Shown here: one piece after another, positions 61,060 to 64,000 of the stretch | How positions within the stretch are numbered: position 1 is the first letter of the stretch | Layout: each line of letters begins with the position of its first letter | DNA from: the human T2T-CHM13v2.0 reference genome, Homo sapiens | Reading direction: 5' to 3' (one strand) | Length of the DNA: 64,000 bases | Assembly (NCBI RefSeq): GCF_009914755.1 | Contig: NC_060935.1 | The notes under the pieces: model-generated | The model's database searches: none | What the model saw: only the letters and a program-made list of their open reading frames with translations | What the model was told of the DNA's origin: nothing | Translations under genes and position numbers: made by a program

Positions 61060-63190
61060 CTTTTAACCTTTATTTAAGTGACCTACAATAAGCTGAACAC
61101 TTAAAAACATACAATTTAATAAGTTTTGGCATATGTATACTCTCATGAAACCATTACCATAATCCAGATAATGAACATATCCATCATTCCCAAATGTTAC
61201 CTCATTACAACATGCCATGTTGTAATGGCTCATCTGGCAGCCTGACTTGAGAGTGTGTGCCTTCATCCTCCTGAAGAGGGTCAACTGTATTCCTTTATTA
61301 TCTTGCTTATTCTGGAGAACCTGTAGTAATATCCTCTGTTTCATTCCTAATATTGGTGATATTAGAATGTTACCTAATATTCTTCTTTTTTGTCTGTCTT
61401 GCTAGAGTTTTATCCTTTAGAAAATATTTTCAAAAAACCAGCTCTTTTTTTTTAGTTGCTTTAATAGTTTTATTGCTTTCTATTTCTTGACTTTGCTCTT
61501 TATTATTTCTTTCTTTCAGCTTGTTATGGGTTTAATTTGCTTTTCTTTTTCTAGGTACTGTAGTTGGGAGCTAAGATTGTTGATGAGAGTTTTCCTTTCT
61601 TCTAATGTATGCTATGCATTTAGTGCTATAAATTTCCCTCAGCACTGCTTAGCTCTCTTCTACAAATTTTGATATGCTTATTTTCATTTTCATCCAGTAC
61701 AGCATATTCTTTTGTTTCCCTTGAGACTTCCACTTTGACCCATGGAATATTTAGAAACGTGTTGCTTAGTTTCCACCTGTTTGGGTGAGTTTACTGTCAT
61801 CTTTCTGTTGCCGTTCTCTAATTTGATTCCACAGTGGTCAGAGAACACACTTGGTATGATTTTAACTCTTTCAAATGCGTTAAAGTCTGTTTCATAGCCC
61901 AGAATGTGGTCGATTTTTGGAGTATGTTCCCTGGGCACTTAAAAAGAACATACCTTCTGTTGTCAGGTGGAGCATTCTATGAATGCTGATAAGATCATTT
62001 TGATTGATAGTGTTGCTGAATTTTTCTATATCCTTGCTGATTTTCTGTCTAGCTGTCCCATTAATTATTGAGAGAGGGGTGTGGATTTGTCCAGTTCTCC
62101 TTTTAACGTATCTATTTTTTGCTTCACATATTTTGCAGCTGTTATTTGGTGTGTACACATTTAGGGTTGATATTTCTTCTTGATGGATTGACCCTTTTAT
62201 CATTTTGTCACATTGTTCTCTATCTCTGGTAATTTTCTTTGCCCTGAAATTTACCTTATCTGATGCTAATATAGCTACTCCCACTTTGATTGTTTGCATG
62301 ATATATTTTTTCCATCCTTTCACTTTCAATCTGCCTATATTGTTAAATTTGAAGTGAGAATTTCTTACAGGTGGCATGTAGCTAGGTCATCATTTTCCTC
62401 TACTCTGCCAATCTGTGTGTTTTAATTGGTGTATTTAGACCATTGACATTTAATGTAATTATTGATATGTTAAGGTTTAAGTCTACCATTTTGTATTTTC
62501 TATTCTCATTTCTGTTTTCTCTTTCTTGCCTTCCTGTGAGTTATTTTAACTTTTTTGTTGAATCTCATTTTTATTTATCTAGTGTTTTTGAGTGTCTTTC
62601 TGTATATTCTTTTTAGTGGTTGCTCTAGGTATTTCATTTAATATATACATAATATCGCATTCTCTGGGGTCATCATTTTACCAATTTGAATGCAGTGGAG
62701 AAATTTTTACCATCCTCTATATCCCTTTACCTTCTCCCACTTATAATTGTCTTAAATATTTCCTCTACAAACATTTAGATAGATATCAGCAGATACAGGG
62801 GAAGTACTTTTTTGTTTGTTTTGTTGGTGGTCTTTGGCTGGAGTCAAGCAGTTATTGTCCAAAAGCCTTCTGTCTTGCTAAGTTGCCCCATTCTTAGTCC
62901 TTTATCTTAAGAAAGGTGGCTTTTCTTGGGACTTTTTTTTTTTTTTTGTCTGATGCCGTTAGCATTACTGGGTCACTGGCTTCCTCAGCTCTAGGTTTGG
63001 AATATATGAGGCAAAGGAAAACCCAGAAAATTTGCCAGCATGGTGCTCCTTAGATCACAAGGTTCCTAGTCATTCCACCTTTCTAAGTCTTCTTATGTTT
63101 GTTTTTTGTATAATGCCCAGGGGTTTTAGTTGCACTTTGTGGGAGGAAGAAGAGAAAGTACATTTACTCCATTTTCCTGGAAGCAGAAGC
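61060..63190 (-). mobile_element. L1MD-like element with both ends and the endonuclease region retained and large internal deletions
   Basis: 3' end ~61060-61215; ORF 61892-62377 is ORF2p endonuclease (LKVKGWKK...GVAILASDKVNF...MIKGSIHQEEISTLNVYTPN); 5' UTR-like 62790-63190. Confidence 0.75.
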
Positions 63191-64000
63191 CCTGATGCAT
63201 TTCTAAAGCTGGCCTCTTGTTCCACTTTCACAAAAGACATTTCCCTATGAAAGAGCGTTAGCATCCCACTGCTCTTCAAAATGGAAAACAAGTTTGCAGT
63301 AAGAGACAAGATGATCAGCAAGGTTTAAATCATCTCAATCTGCCTGCCAAGACACTAAAAATAGAGGGGCAAAAAGCTAGCTCAGTTTTCTAGAAATGCC
63401 TCAAGAAAATGAGATAATATGAACATTGATGATTTCCTTGATTCCTCATACAGACTTCAGGGGTATCATTCCTCAGCGATACGAGCTAGTGAGGACTTTA
63501 CCCCTGGGGATGCATCTGTCTCAATCCATTATATACCACTGCCAGTCTACACCAATCATTCCCAAATTTTATAGTGCAACCAAAGTACCTGGGGAATGGT
63601 TATTAAAATACAGCTTCTGCAGTGGTACCTCTGGGGAAAGCAGAGCAGTGCTGGGTGTGTATATAGCCATTTGGGAACCCCAGTGTACGTCCAGACCAAG
63701 GCAAGTCCCCCTGAAACTGCCTCTTTAAAAATTATACAGCATTGTTTTGGTTATTGGGGTTGTAATAAGTACTTGGCTCATAGAAAAGTCACTTCTTATA
63801 AAATAATAATGGCAGCATTTTGCACAGCTAAAAAGTGCAGATTCTAGGCCTCAATCTGTAGGTCTTAGGTGGGCCAAGGAACCACTTAGCCTCTTGGTCT
63901 TGAGTAAGCTCAGCTGTGTACTGGTCAACACTAGAATTCACTGAGAGATCTGTAAAATTACAAGTAATAAAAATGCATATTAAGATAGAACTTATCAGAT

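Noticed and set aside
61892-62377. Endonuclease-like ORF as a domesticated gene
   Set aside because: Ordinary decayed L1 ORF2 with frameshifts.

Overview
Primate genomic DNA, very probably human because it carries an essentially unmutated AluY of the Yc1 type. It is repeat-rich, with about 19 Alu/FLAM copies, many L1, L2 and MIR fragments, ERV1/ERVL/MaLR solo LTRs and hAT/Tigger DNA-transposon fossils. I found no intact protein-coding gene, RNA gene or CRISPR array, and most ORFs in the track are chance or repeat-derived. The main non-repeat feature is a heavily decayed, intron-containing SPATA31/FAM75-family pseudogene on the + strand (~30.3-35.9 kb). It keeps its promoter region, exon 1, exon 3, the large terminal exon and a degenerate polyA signal. 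It is interrupted by an LTR8, an Alu and an ancient MER74 LTR inside the coding exon. Other highlights: an AluSc carrying a ~320-bp templated copy of sequence 5.3 kb upstream, a very young AluYc1, a divergent pair of strong CTCF motifs, a 5'-inverted old L1 and a fold-back palindrome. Repeat subfamily and protein-family calls come from recalled consensus sequences, not from a database search, and boundaries of old repeats are approximate.
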